Shown one piece after another: positions 41,001-53,991 of a stretch of DNA of 64,000 bases. A program made the position numbers and the translations under genes. The stretch lies in the NCBI GenBank assembly GCA_905331295.1, contig CAJNYD010000449.1, positions 310,001-374,000 of the forward strand, written 5' to 3'. This stretch comes from Rotaria socialis (taxonomy: Eukaryota). The number at the start of each line of letters is the position of its first letter. Position 1 is the first letter of the stretch. The notes under the pieces are model-generated. The model was not told the origin of the DNA and ran no database searches. It saw only the letters and a list, made by a program, of their open reading frames with translations.

Positions 41001-43407
41001 CTGAGTGAATTATTATCGCTTTGGCGTATATTCATTTTGCATGGACATATGGCAAATGAATTTGGGTAAACATATCTTTGTTTTTCTTCGAAATACTTAT
41101 CCATTTTTACTTGTTTGAAATAGTTCTTTGATACCAACGATTATTCTTCCACTTTGTCGAATGTGTATTCAACAAATGCCACATCTGATTATTAGTAAAA
41201 TTTTAATCCAACTTATTACATTATTCGACGCATTGATAGTTTACATTACCAAATTCATTTTGAAACATCAGTAAGTTAGAAAAGAAGAGATTATAAATTT
41301 TGATTTGCATTATTTTCTAATAGAAAATCATCTGAAGATTCAACAAATGTTATCAATTGGTCACATATTCATGGACTTTTTGATCTTATTTTAACAATTG
41401 CCAAACAAACTCTGATAGAAACGGATGAAAAAGTAAATTCATACTAATCATGCCGATGATTTAAGATAAAACTTCAGAGGTTATCTTAGAAAATCTTAAA
41501 AACGTTTTTTTCAATCAAAACATTATTACAGAAGACTCTATAGAAATTCTTGTGAATATAAATAATGACATTAGAAATTAAGTTCAACAAAGATTATTGA
41601 AGAACATTGTATAATTTAGATCGATCTGGAAGCTCTACGTACGACATGTCTATCGTGTTTAGCATCATTTTTAATTGGTCAACAATTATTGGTTCGTATT
41701 AATTAAATCAAACATAAATTTAACGATTTTTATTTTCTATTAGACAATTAATTTATTAGATTTGCCAACAAAAGTAAGACAAATTCGCTTTCAATTGTTT
41801 GAACCTATTCTTCGTCTGAAATCAACGAAACAACTTATCGAATCTATTAAATTTGAGTAAGAACACTTTTTTACTATTGCAAAGCACTATATAAGTAAAA
41901 TATGATAAAGGACAGCAATAACTTCTACAAATACAAGTGCAAATTTACCAACGCTAACACAAAGAAATACATCACCATTTGGTTTTCTCATTGCTTTGCT
42001 TCGTTTTACTAATATTATGTATCAAATAGATAAATCATTACCAGATTCGGTAAGAACACAAGAAACAAAAAATCAAGTCTCTTGTTCAACTTGTTTTCGG
42101 TGTTTATTTAGAGTAAATTTATTAGTCAATTGATGTTAACAAAAGATAGTGAAATAGTAGTTTATATCAAGAAAATGTTGAATAAATTAACATCATCAGT
42201 AACACGTAAAACACCATGGTTTGAACAATACGAACATATTTTTCTGTTTCACTTTGTTCAAATCATTCATCAAGAAGTAAAATTAAAAATAAAATATCTA
42301 CTAATAAAGCAAACAATCTCTACATCCTTTCAGAAATCTACTCATGATTTGCCATCAATTTATTATGAAATATTACTTACATTATTACCATCACTTTTAA
42401 AAGGTTATCATTATCTTGCTCAGGAAATTCTTAAATTTGTTTTATTTGATTTATCGTTTTGGAAAAGGTTATTTAGTTTTTTACTTAACTAAATTTCTAC
42501 ATTCATTTTGTTTTTTTTATTCTAATAGATCAAATGAAATTGAATTAGCTGATCTTTCATTAGTTACCAACGAATCTCTCTGTTTAGCATCCAATGAATC
42601 AATTAAAATAAGCCATCTCATCGTACGATACTCTATGAACGTGCTGTTGAGCATTTACCTTCATTATATACTTATTATAAGAATATTTTCCATATAAATC
42701 GTTCATCAATTGATTTAAATATATGTGACATACATTTTGGTAATTTACTTCAAATCGATGATTCATTTAAATTAAACATTCATTATTCGCAAACATTAAT
42801 TGATCTAACATGGCCATATGGTTTGCTTTCATCACTTTATACAAATGTTTTCTCGATTGCCGACAATGATAAACGATTAGATATTATTATGAATACGTTA
42901 CGTTTCGTTTACATATTAGAAATGAAGAATAATATAATTTTATACAAAATGGTAACAAAAACTACTCGTTTTGCAATGATAGCTGGAATTTATTTACTTG
43001 GTTCTGATGTATTTCTTGAGAAAAATGTAGCTGATTATCTTGTCGCCTTTTTAAATTGTTTTAATGAACAAAATTTATTACAAAAACTTGAGACAAGAAC
43101 CAGTATTCAATCATTAATGACTTTTTTTGATTTGTAAGTTAACCACAAATAATATATCTTTCCATTCGCTATTAATAGTAAGGATATGATGTTTCTAGTT
43201 CATCGAAACTTTAGGGAGACTGTTAGACATGTTTGGAATCAAATTCATGGCTGAAAGTTTATTTTGTTTTCAAAATAACTAAACTTTAATAATATTTTTC
43301 AACTTCAGACACTGTTGCCATTTATTTTACGATATAAACGTTCGCTTTCTGATTATTATAGGACTGTGGATTTTGTAAAACTTGCTACTTTCCGATGGTT
43401 GCTCAGT

Positions 43408-43446
<39 letters not shown>

Positions 43447-44213
43447 GAACTTTCATATTCTAATTAAATCACTTTAAAGGATGACCGAGAAAAAGAATTA
43501 ATATCTAAGGATGTGACCTCAGTCGATCGGGGAAAGTTTTAGTTCAAAGCTACAAGAAAGTATTTTGATTTGATTTAAATTTATGTATTGATTACAGTTA
43601 TCGTTTACTTGTTGATCAATATGAAGCTTGCTCATTTGGTGATGTCCTTTATTCTAATTATCTTCTTGTTCCATTACAACAAATATACGATGTTCAACTA
43701 CGAAAACATGTTTGGATCGAGCATTCAACCATATTAAAATATCTTCGCCTAAAACCTGATCAAGTATACCGTTTATTTTCCAGTTTTACTGATAAAAATA
43801 TTATTTTTTCTAGATTTTATTCTCTCTTGAAACATTCTTTATACCATACGAAAATGATCCTGATTTAATTCGTTATTATGCTCAAGTATTATTGAATGGA
43901 ACTATTAGAAAAACGATTCAGCCACTATTATATATGATAGCTGTGCATCATCTCAATGTTTTTCTGTATGATCAAACACGTACTGAACAAAGTGATTTAC
44001 AACGGAATATTATGAAAAATTTACAAATGGCATCGAGAAATGACAAGGTTTTTCTCGATATTTATTCTTTGAAAAAATAAAAACATTTATATTTTTTTCT
44101 AGATGTTATATGATGAAATTGTTTATTATAAAACATTTTCACGAGATGGTCCAGTTATATTTGAAAGTCTGCCATTAATCCGCATCAATTGGTTTCAAAA
44201 ACTTCTGCAATGA
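38057..44213 (+). CDS. RPAP1: RNA polymerase II-associated protein 1, multi-exon
   Basis: IHDENIDRLKSMDEKEILDEKEKLL..LDPKLIAF (RPAP1 N), WIHMDSIEYEKLEW, ARFDFKG, ALHHHGEEPEAAGYTLEELFHLSRSTVLQQRVLAL (RPAP1 C), ILIRMARHS, DQYEACSFGDVL and PLLYMIAVHHL; stop TGA 44211-44213. Frame discontinuity near 42605. Confidence 0.95.
43410..43443. repeat. (TA)n microsatellite in an RPAP1 intron
   Basis: Pure AT dinucleotide run. Confidence 0.9.
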
Positions 44214-45136
44214 TTAACTATTCTGCTTTTTTTTCCATATTGAAATAAATCAAAAATTCATGCACTGATAATCTAGATGTTTTTGTTAGGTATATTCATT
44301 TTCAATGTAAACAATAAAGATGAAAACATTTAACTCAATACAACTATTCAAAGGATTAATATAATTTTTTGTATATTCTTCCATACAACTAATTGTATTT
44401 GGATATTTTCAAATTATCAGAATTAAAAACGTAGGGGAAAAGAGTTGTATGATCATTGATTATATCAAATGAATGTTTTCCAAATATTTTAAAAACGAAA
44501 ATAACGTTAGTTCTTCTAATTTTATAGCTATACTACTTTTGCAATTAGACAAAGTTTGAGTGCAAGCCCACCAAATGCAAATATTGTGATAGGTTTAAAG
44601 GTGAGATCAATCTAGTATAAAGTTTAGATAAATGGTACTACAAATTTCAATACAGGCCATTATAGACTGCAAAAGAAAATGACATTCTATTTCTCAATAT
44701 TTGTTGTTAATTGATGAATGATGAAACATTTTGCACGTTAAACTTATTATCAATGCTAGCACACAAGTTAATATTAATAACAATTTTTGTTATTCCTGTT
44801 ATTGTTATCGTTATTATTAATACTAATATTCTTTTAAATCCTTTACAGCAAGCAATATGTTTGTCAGTAAAATAAAATAAAACGATTTCTGTAACGTATA
44901 TCAAAAAGACAACCATCTTTTTTCCTTTTTACCACCATATAATTCAACTAAATCATGTCCTGTTGATGATAAAACAAAAATCAAAAATATATCCATCTAA
45001 TTAAAATGATTTAGTATTGGATGCTATTAGTTCTATTAAAGTTTCAGATGTATGTTGATCAACACATTCAAGATCTTCATATAAATTTATGCTTTTGTTT
45101 TTCGGCTTCTTCGGTAGCTGAACAATTCGTTGCATA

Positions 45137-45425
45137 CCCAGGTCGAATAGGACGGTCCGTATACGGCCGTGTACGGTTAGTTTACGACTATTTTCCGGGC
45201 GAAAGTTTACCGTAACATCTGGGTCAGTAATACGGACCGTATGATCATGAGAGTACGGAGCACAAACAGTCGTAAACCATGAAAATTCAGTCCCGTTTAC
45301 GGTTCCATATTACTATGCCAGGTATTACGGCAAATACGGCCTATTTACTGCCGTAAATATACCGTTTTGACATCGTTTAACGTCGATAAACAGACTGTAA
45401 ACGAGTCCGTTTTGATCAACATGGC
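45137..45425. mobile_element. MITE with CCCAGGTCGA terminus and TACGG/CCGTA internal repeats
   Basis: TA|CCCAGGTCGAATAGGACGG on the left and decayed inverted end CCGTTTTGATCAACATGGC|TA on the right; many TACGG/CCGT motifs in both orientations. Confidence 0.65.
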
Positions 45426-45550
45426 TAGTTAATTGAATGTAACACAATCAATGTAAAGGGGTAGAGAGACACGTTTATTAATACAGTAGTTTCTGAGCAG
45501 CAACGATTAATTTTATTGAGAAAGAAAAAAATACAGAAATTAAATTTTAT

Positions 45551-45897
45551 TTACAAAGATACATTTGCAGATAGTCCGTTCATGTAGTCGACAAGATGGA
45601 CGTTGTGATAATCATCGACCAGTCGTTTTATTCTGTCGTCCAGTTTCCGATAAGTTGCTTACTTCGGTTTCGGCCCTTGACCTTGACGAATTTNGATAAG
45701 TTGCTTACTTCGGTTTCGGTCCTTGACCTTGACGAATTTGAGCAATATCGACTTCGAATTTCGACTGTTCGCGGCGAATCTTGCCGGTAAGTTTTGTGGT
45801 CGTTGGATGAGCGATGGAAACACGTTTGGCGAATGCATTGTGCCATCCTTCAATAGAATTATTAGAACGAGGAAGATTTGCACTTACCATTTCAGAA
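45551..45897 (-). pseudogene. Mutator (MULE)-like transposase C-terminal remnant
   Basis: LPRSNNSIEGWHNAF...HPT..KL..KIRREQ is the typical MULE (T/S)NNxxEGWH motif. It continues RKLDDRIKRLVDDY...YMNGLSANVSL* with an in-frame stop, is 5' truncated and spans an N gap. Confidence 0.85.
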
Positions 45898-45952
45898 GGG
45901 GCCATTCACGTATTACGTAATCACTAAGAGGGGGAGAAGGGGTGTCCAAGAA
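45897..45952 (+). mobile_element. Single PIF/Harbinger-like terminus abutting the MULE remnant
   Basis: GGGGCCATTCACGTATTACGTAA followed by a GGGGGAGAAGGGGT tract resembles Harbinger-type MITE ends; partner end not found. Confidence 0.4.
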
Positions 45953-47464
45953 GATTATACCCAGCCAATTCTTTTGGAATTTTAGCTGGAGATCTGATTA
46001 TACGGAGGAGGTGTAACGCCTTGATGAGAATCGTGATCGAACATGTGACTATTATCTATATAATTTGCATTTGAATCATTCTTGTTCCCTCTACTGAAAG
46101 AAGGGTATTACGAAAAACGAGTTAAATGCGTTCGTTCGTCCAATAGGAAAGCAGATGCATAAACTTAACAAACCGCAAACAATATCTGTAGTGATAGGTT
46201 TCACCGACGGTAATCAGGATCGCTGAACACGATGGCGTTGTTAGCTATTTTAGATTGTCCTTTTTTGCTTTTTTTTAGGAGAGAGAGACTTTTTTTTATA
46301 AGGGTTGACCGAAGGTAATAAGGGTCGAGGAACTCTAATCTGGTGTGAGATTTTCAGAATTTATGTGTTAGGATGGGAGATAAATGTATTGGATGATCTT
46401 CTTTCTTTTTTTCTTTGGTTCGTTCTTGTTATTTAATGAGTCATGGTCTTTTTTTTCTTGGTTCTTTTTTTTTCGTTTTGCTTGTCAGAAAAATAAAAGC
46501 TAGGAAGTGGAAATAGAACGTGGCAACGAGAAATTTAACTTCCATTGAAAATGAGCAGCTGTCTAATTCAAGTTCGAACATAAACGGAGAACAGAAAAAG
46601 TTAAACTAAAACTAAATATATTCCTAGATTTAGTTTTAGTTCAACTTTCTGATATATGCTCCATATGAATACATATATACCCACACCCTCAAGAGATCTA
46701 TCCGAGGGTGTGTGGGTGTGGGTGTTGTGTAAATGTTCATGGGTTATCTCTTCATTAACACCCACACCCTCAGGTTCTGATTCACAGAAGGTGTCCGCTC
46801 AGAAGAGACTTGCTGAGAGGTATATGTGAAAGATCCTCTTGGCACAAGACATATTTTCTGGACAAAGTCGACTTCGGCTGCTAAGAATTCCACACAAAGT
46901 TACGTAATTGTGAAAAAAAAAGATAAATAGGTCACTTTTTAGTCTATCAAGTATTTAAGAATTTCTCGAAAATAGCTAAACTGATGAGTGCAAAAGTGTC
47001 TGCACAACCTGGCCAATGAATGTAGTCGTGACCCGACGGATTGATCTAGAGATTTCTTATGGATATGTCCCATAATGATACACGATAGTGTTACGATTCA
47101 CTTTGCAATGGTGTAAGATGATCATGAAATTCAAAATTATTATACAGTCATAACTCACATAGCAACAGGTTGAGAAGAATTAAGGAAATATAAGTGAAAC
47201 CATCAATTTACGTATTGAATGAGCACTAGTTTACTAGTCTAACACATCTATGTGTTAAGGTAACTCTTGTGATACGATTTTCGTTTGTAGGAGATGATAG
47301 GTACTGCTATGCAAAATAGAGAAAGGCTTGCATACATTTCGATAATCAAAGAAAAGAAAAAGCTAACATATAAGATTACGTCACATGTTTCTTTTCTTCT
47401 TCTTTTATTTATTTGTTAAATGAAAAGAAATGAATTAAATGAAAGAATTTGTTTTTTTTCGCAA

Positions 47465-47800
47465 AAAATATTAATTATTAAAGTGAAAAATACATTGTGT
47501 TTTTGAAAATATTTATTATTACAATCAAAAAATAAAATTGTGTTATTTTTACAAATATTTATTAGTAGCATAAAATACTTTATTGGTAAAATAAAAATAT
47601 TTATCAGTGAAATAAAAATATTTATTAATAAAATAAAAATATAATTTGCTTTATTTTCACAAAGTATTTATTATTAAAGTGAAAAAAAATTGTCTTTTAA
47701 AATATTTATTATTGAAACGAAAATATTTAGTAGTGAAATGAAAATATTTATGATAGAAATGAAAAGAAAATTTGAGTTATTTGAAGAATGTTTATTTTAA
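47465..47800. repeat. Degenerate AT-rich tandem repeat
   Basis: Recurring AAATATTTATTA...GTGAAA units. Confidence 0.6.
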
Positions 47801-49158
47801 AAATCAAAAAAATGAAGTTACAAAAAAATAAAGAACAAGAATGAAAAATATATATAGTTACATTTGTTTTCGTTTTGATTTAATCAAATTATTGAATGGA
47901 ACTAAAACATAAAAAGTAACAATTAATTTTATTTTCTTGGAATGAGATAATAAAGATAAGTGAAAGTAATTATATTTACTTTGCTGTTGAAGAAATCGAG
48001 ATGAGCTAAAACGAAATAAAAAGAAACGAATTGATTGGAATGGGAATTTGTTTTTGCTTAACAGCTAATAGTTGCTCGCGCGACCAAGAACTACTTTGGT
48101 GGTGCCATGGAGAGCCAAGACTCTTTACGTACAGACATAGATCTAACGTGTATAGAACATACAACAGATAGATCTATATGCGGCCTGTACGTGCTATGGG
48201 CACCAAGATAGGCTTGGCCTGTTTCACGCCGATGTATGGAAGACCTCTGTAGGACGTATGAAATATACAAAAGAATGCTTACTTTTTTAGTATCACTAAA
48301 ATAGAAAATAGAAAAGCAAAATTTTAACTAAAATGAAAATATAAAGACAATTATTATCATATAAAAAATTAAAATAGTAATAAACAAATGGGGTAAAAAG
48401 CTGAGACAACGAAAAAAACAATTTTAAAACTAAAACTATAACACTTACTTGTGATATTGAACAATGGCAAGTACGCATACAAGATAAAATAGTTAAAAAA
48501 TAAAAAGTATATATAATATAATAATGTAAGAAGAAGAAGAAAGGGGGAGGGGTGATTTCTAACGTTGAAAATCATTACTATGCAATCGATCGTAAAGATC
48601 ACGAGCATTCTTAAGAATGACAAAAAAACAAATCTTGTAGTACTGACTATACCGCTAATTGATCTTTTATGTTGTTGTTCTTCTTCTTCACCTTCACAAA
48701 TGAAAAAAAGTTAAACACTAATTCAACAACATCAAATGGCTATCGAAATCCATCACAATGGCAATTGTCTATCGTTTTTAGTATCTTCTCTAACATCATT
48801 ATATTATGGAACAATGAATACATGAAAACAAAAAAAAGCGTCTTTCTTATAGTTAATTTTCTGTATTTTTTAGTTTGAATATTATTCTACTATTTATTAC
48901 TTATATTCATGAATTAAACAACAATCGGTTATACATTTAAACGTCGAACAATCTTCATCTTTGTCAATCAAAATTATCGATAATAATTACAACGACATTG
49001 AATCGTCGTGATCCATCAGGAGAACTGGTTGTTCAACAAAAACTTCGCTTTGTTTCAAACACATTATAGCAATGATCGACAACTAACTAGATCAAGATAT
49101 TGATACAAAATTATTTGATGATGATCAACACGTCGAGTAGGTTTTAGTTTATACAATA

Positions 49159-49810
49159 CCCAGGTCATTATCGATCAGTCGGTTCTTGTCAGACGGGTTA
49201 TAATTCCGCTGTAACATGATGCCCGGATTAGGTCGGCTAATTTCTGGTGAATTCCGATGATTTTCTTTATTTTCTTATGAAATCTGGTTACCGGATTCTC
49301 CGAGAACCGACCAGATCTACATTACCGGAAAATATCAGGTCAGATGATACGATTGGGCCGTATACGACGTGATCCGACAATATCCGGTAATGAAACTTTA
49401 CCGGAATCCGCCGTGCCGCATGACGCTCTATTTCATGGTAGATCCGGCTTAATCAATATCACCGGAACCAATCGGATCATATTAGAACCGAACGGTCCTA
49501 CTCACCGGATTAAGCCACGTACTACAACACCGATCTGATCGACAACATCTGCAACTAATTACCAGATGCTAAAGAACGATCTTGTGATCCATTCCGACCC
49601 TTACTTAACAGCTCATACAAGCGATGAAAAGCATGAATTTAAAATGATGGTTCATCCAATAGCTTATTTATGAAAAATCAATCCACATGAGCAGCATGAT
49701 TAAGTATTTATTGATACTGAGCGAAGTAATCGACCCGAATGGATCTCACTCAACCCGCTTATCATAACTCCAGCTAATATAATCTAATTCTACGATCGAC
49801 TCCTGGTCTA
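49159..49810. mobile_element. Decayed CCCAGGTC-terminal repeat rich in CCGG/ATCCG motifs
   Basis: Starts TA|CCCAGGTCA like 45137, with dense CCGGA/ATCCG/TCGG motifs; right boundary approximate. Confidence 0.5.
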
Positions 49811-51599
49811 ACCCGAAATCCACAGCCATTAATGATTACCCAGGGTAAGATAAACTTGCTATATACTCATACTATGTTGTTCGTCCATGCAGCTCGACAA
49901 AAATTAAAACGCGTTACACACGTGTTTGCTCGGTCTGACAAGACCGAAAGCATCATTTCAAATCACCAACAACCGCTTTTTCGGACGCTGAAATGTTGCT
50001 TACACATAATATTAATAATTTCATATGCCATTAAATCGTTTTCGGATGTCACTCACGATCCTGTTTCATGAACAAAAACTACGTTGGAACCATCGAGAAT
50101 GATTTTCTGAACGATTTTCTGTCTTAGTCAATTTTTCGATACGTCCAGGTTGAGCTGTGGAGTGATTTTCGTCGAAGAAAAGTGTGGTTGGATCCGTAAT
50201 GAAAGAAGCTTAGAATCCCGTTTCAGGAAGAAAAGCTACGTTCGAACTATCGACAATGTTTATTTGAACGATTCTATACGACTGATACAATATTTTGATT
50301 GGTGCAAAATGATGTATGGAGCGATGTTTCCACGAATTAAAATGCTACAAGATCACCCAGTGAACGTGTTGATAATTTGTTTAATGAATACAATGTATAG
50401 TGGGATGGTTCTGGATCATTCTAAGCGTATGTATTAGTGAGTCAGATGTTGTTGGTTCCGGGTTACAATGTTTCTCAGGGTGGTTGCTGTTGGGGAAAAT
50501 GTTTGTTTTCGACCTGTTGAGGTGGTGATGGTATGGATTATGTGTGATTATTGAGGAGGCGTAGTCGTTTCGGTTGGTGTTCATTTTCTTGAAGACTACA
50601 GTTGATTCATCTTGTGATTGAAGAACGCTTGTATGAGAGATTTTGTATGAAGAACTGGTCATCGGAATCTGATGCAATCTGGTCAAAGTTGTTGTGAAGC
50701 CCTTAGGAACCCGCCATCATCCAGCAGTCGGGGTCGATTGGTTTGGACAATGTTCGGTTGTATTATCCGGCAGGGTCCAGAGGTAGGACCGAGTGCCTTG
50801 GGAAGGATCTTTTGAGTTTTACCCGAGAAGAACTACTCGATACTTATGTCAAACTTTATGTCTCAAAATCGAAAATATTAAAAAAGATGTGTTGTTCAGA
50901 TTTAGGTTCTTCCTTATTCCTTGAAGATGTATTCCTATGGGATAATCTCCATAAGCAAGCTAAAGATGGTGTTGGTCATCTATTTATGTTGAAACGGGTT
51001 AAACGTTTAAAATTAAAACACCGCTCCCTTCTCCTATACTAGCTTGATTTTAATGAACAAAGTGATAATTAGGAATATAGGAAAGAAGGAACACGAAATC
51101 CTAGTTTATTAACAGTCCCTTAACATTCTACCTCAACGTTTATAACTCCCGCTACTTGTATTCTCTGTTCATCTCGTTACCGCTTCATTTGCTTAATGTA
51201 TCTTTATCTTTGTTTCTCCCTTTTTGTTTAGTTTTCGTTTTTTGTTTCTTCTTTTTTTGTTTGTTACTTCCTATTCCTCCCGTCCTTCCATGTTTCTCTG
51301 TTTTTGTAAGCACTTCCGAGTGTGACAATAAAAGAGCATAAACGAAAAAAAAGTAGCAAATTATTATATTATTATTGAAATAAGTGACTCTCCTCACTTT
51401 TTAGAATTATTTTATACTCAACTTTCAAATTAACTGCTTTTTTATATTTATTCGAAAATGCTATTAGAATACGGATTTTTTGCTTGATGCGGATAACAGT
51501 ATTAACAAAATTGACAAGTTTATTAGTTAATTTAAACACAGTTTTACTTAAGCCAATTACAGAAAGAACATGACACATCTATAATATTTTACACTATAT

Positions 51600-51684
51600 T
51601 CGCGACGAATAGTCTGACAACAAATTGTCCATGTAACGAATTGTCTTGCGACGAATTGTCCGACGACGAATTCACCTAGCACCG
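51600..51684. repeat. Subterminal tandem repeat (GACGAATTGTC units), probably a DNA-transposon end
   Basis: About five ~15-nt units: GCGACGAATAGTC, CAAATTGTCC, ACGAATTGTC, GCGACGAATTGTCC, GACGAATTC. Confidence 0.6.
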
Positions 51685-53199
51685 TATTTTGACGTAATCA
51701 AGTAATAGATCTTGGGAGTTATATTAGACATGATAAAGATATTCAATCATAATTAATTTGTAATGTAAATCAATGATATAATTAGAAATATTATTTGTAA
51801 ATTATGTTAATTTATTTAGACTATATTAGAATGAAGTTATATATTACAATCTAATCTTCAATTACTTGACGATTCTGTTAAAAGAAAACTTAATTGTAAA
51901 ATAGCAAATTCTTAACAGATTCAAGAGTATTCAATGTTAATTTATCAATTTAATAAATCAGTTTATTTTCTTATTTGTAATTGATTCATATACTATTCAA
52001 ATTTCTAAAATTCTTTTTGTAATAATTAATTTTAAATTTTCAGAAGAATTCATCATCAATATGATACATTTTTACAATGCTCATTTGTTACACATTAAAA
52101 ATATCATCAATATCTACAATTGTGACGTCAAAACACAACCATATCCTATAGCTTATATTCATAACCCATTGAAAAAAAATTTAACCGTTTTAGATACATA
52201 GTCGAGTCGGTTAATTGGAAATCGTCAATTTGAATTTCACATTCAACATGTATTTGAACATAATGAGACGAAATTTGTTCGATCTTTAGTTTCTGGTGAC
52301 GATCGTTATTGTAATCATTATTATTCACAACTTGTACGAACTGGTGTTAAATGTACAAGTAGAAAACAAAATAACAATTATATGTCATACAATAAATTAT
52401 TTATTAGATGCTTTCGACAATTCATATATAAATATATTGGTATGAGAATTTTTTATCATATAGAATTACGTTTATTTTGTTAGTGAAGGTTTAATAAGAA
52501 AGTAAATTTTCGATTTTTTCATATACTATTTGAAAACTATCGAAAATTTCGCTTACATGACGCACGAGCGTAATATTTGTAATCTATTTCGATAATTTAG
52601 TTGTTTTTTAAGTCAGAATAGCTATTGATATATATTTTCAAAAGAACGTTTTTAGGCTGTAGTTAACCTTGTTCATTATTTAATATTATAGCACTGTAAA
52701 TAAACATTTATTGTTGCTACCAGTAGAATTGATCTATCTGGTCATCATGGGCAATATATAATTTATGAAAAGAGATCGTAACAACAAAAAGAAGTTTTCT
52801 TACAGTAGTTTTGTACAAAATAAATGCTATAAATTGTAGTGAATATAAATAAATCTATGAGAAATTACAATGAAAAATAATTATTCGATTTTATTTTGAG
52901 AACACTATGCGATATGAAAGTGAGTTGATCAGATTTATAAAGCGTAGTTTGATGACTTTTGATGTAATAGAATAATTTGATACATATTACTAGTGGCGCA
53001 ACCACCACCAGATGAACTGACTCCATCCCAGCCAGAAATCTTGGTTGCGTCACTAGATGTTGCTGCACCTTCTAATAGTCATCCAATATCAGTAAAAAAT
53101 TGTTTTATTTACCAAAAAGAAAAATTAAATCAATCAATTCCTGTTACCGATTACAATTCTGAACGAACCGATCGTTTTACTTTACAATGTGTTCCTTAA

Positions 53200-53991
53200 C
53201 TCTTTGAGTCCCGGTGGGACACATCCCACCTTGAAACATTTCTAATCCTCGAGTTTTTGAGAATCTTAAAGAAATATTCCAAAAACATGTCAAAAGCTAA
53301 CACAGATCCCTACAAGATTGCATGGATAATGGACTGTATGGATGACAACATTGAAACATGCACCTTGCAAAGTTTTGACCCTATAGAGGTGCTTATTTGA
53401 GGTGTACCATAGTTTACATCAACTTTATTGAAATGGAATGAAACTTACAGCGCTTGTGTAGGACTTGTACTTGTAAGTGTAACGATAAATAAGAAAACCT
53501 TGTAAAGGGGTGTAAATTGGGAGGACAAGGTGGGACCTCCCAGCCAAATTGGAGATTATCTGGCTCCTATATTACAAATGCGAGAAGTCTGAAAATTTTA
53601 CCATAGATGCCACTCGTTGGGTTGATCATTTTTTGGAGTGGATATGTTTCCCCCGTATTCTATTTTTTCGGGAAAAACCTGCAAAAAATGCTAATTTTTG
53701 ATGTTTTTTTGGCTGAAATATCTCTATGAAACCCAAACAAAATTTCAACTTTTATCAGTGCTCTAGAATCGACTAACTGCCATCAATCTAATGCTGAAAC
53801 TCCCAGATCTGTAGCTTTTTCTGAAGTCAAACGGCAAAGGCATCTTTGGAACCAACTTTCGATTTTTTCCCAAGCTTGCATCCTCCTCAGATAAAACCAC
53901 GGAATTGTCAAAACCTGTCCTATAGTGGAACTTCATCAGCACACCTAGGTCTACCATTCCTGGTAACTTAAATAATTCAGGACTCAAAGGG
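53200..53991. mobile_element. piggyBac-type non-autonomous element (792 bp)
   Basis: TTAA|CTCTTTGAGTCCCG ... CAGGACTCAAAGGG|TTAA: 14-bp TIR (12/14), TTAA target duplication, no transposase ORF. Confidence 0.88.

Noticed and set aside
45649..45739. 45-bp tandem duplication within the MULE remnant
   Set aside because: The two copies sit either side of a single N and differ by one base; most likely an unmerged contig overlap.
48640..49140. Exon-like plus-strand fragments
   Set aside because: No consistent reading frame or recognisable domain.
51600..51684. Short repeats considered as a CRISPR-like array
   Set aside because: Units abut with no unique spacers, there are no cas genes and the context is eukaryotic.
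51690..52440. Coding-like minus-strand tract, possibly a decayed LRR/surface protein
   Set aside because: Too many stops and no motif I can support.
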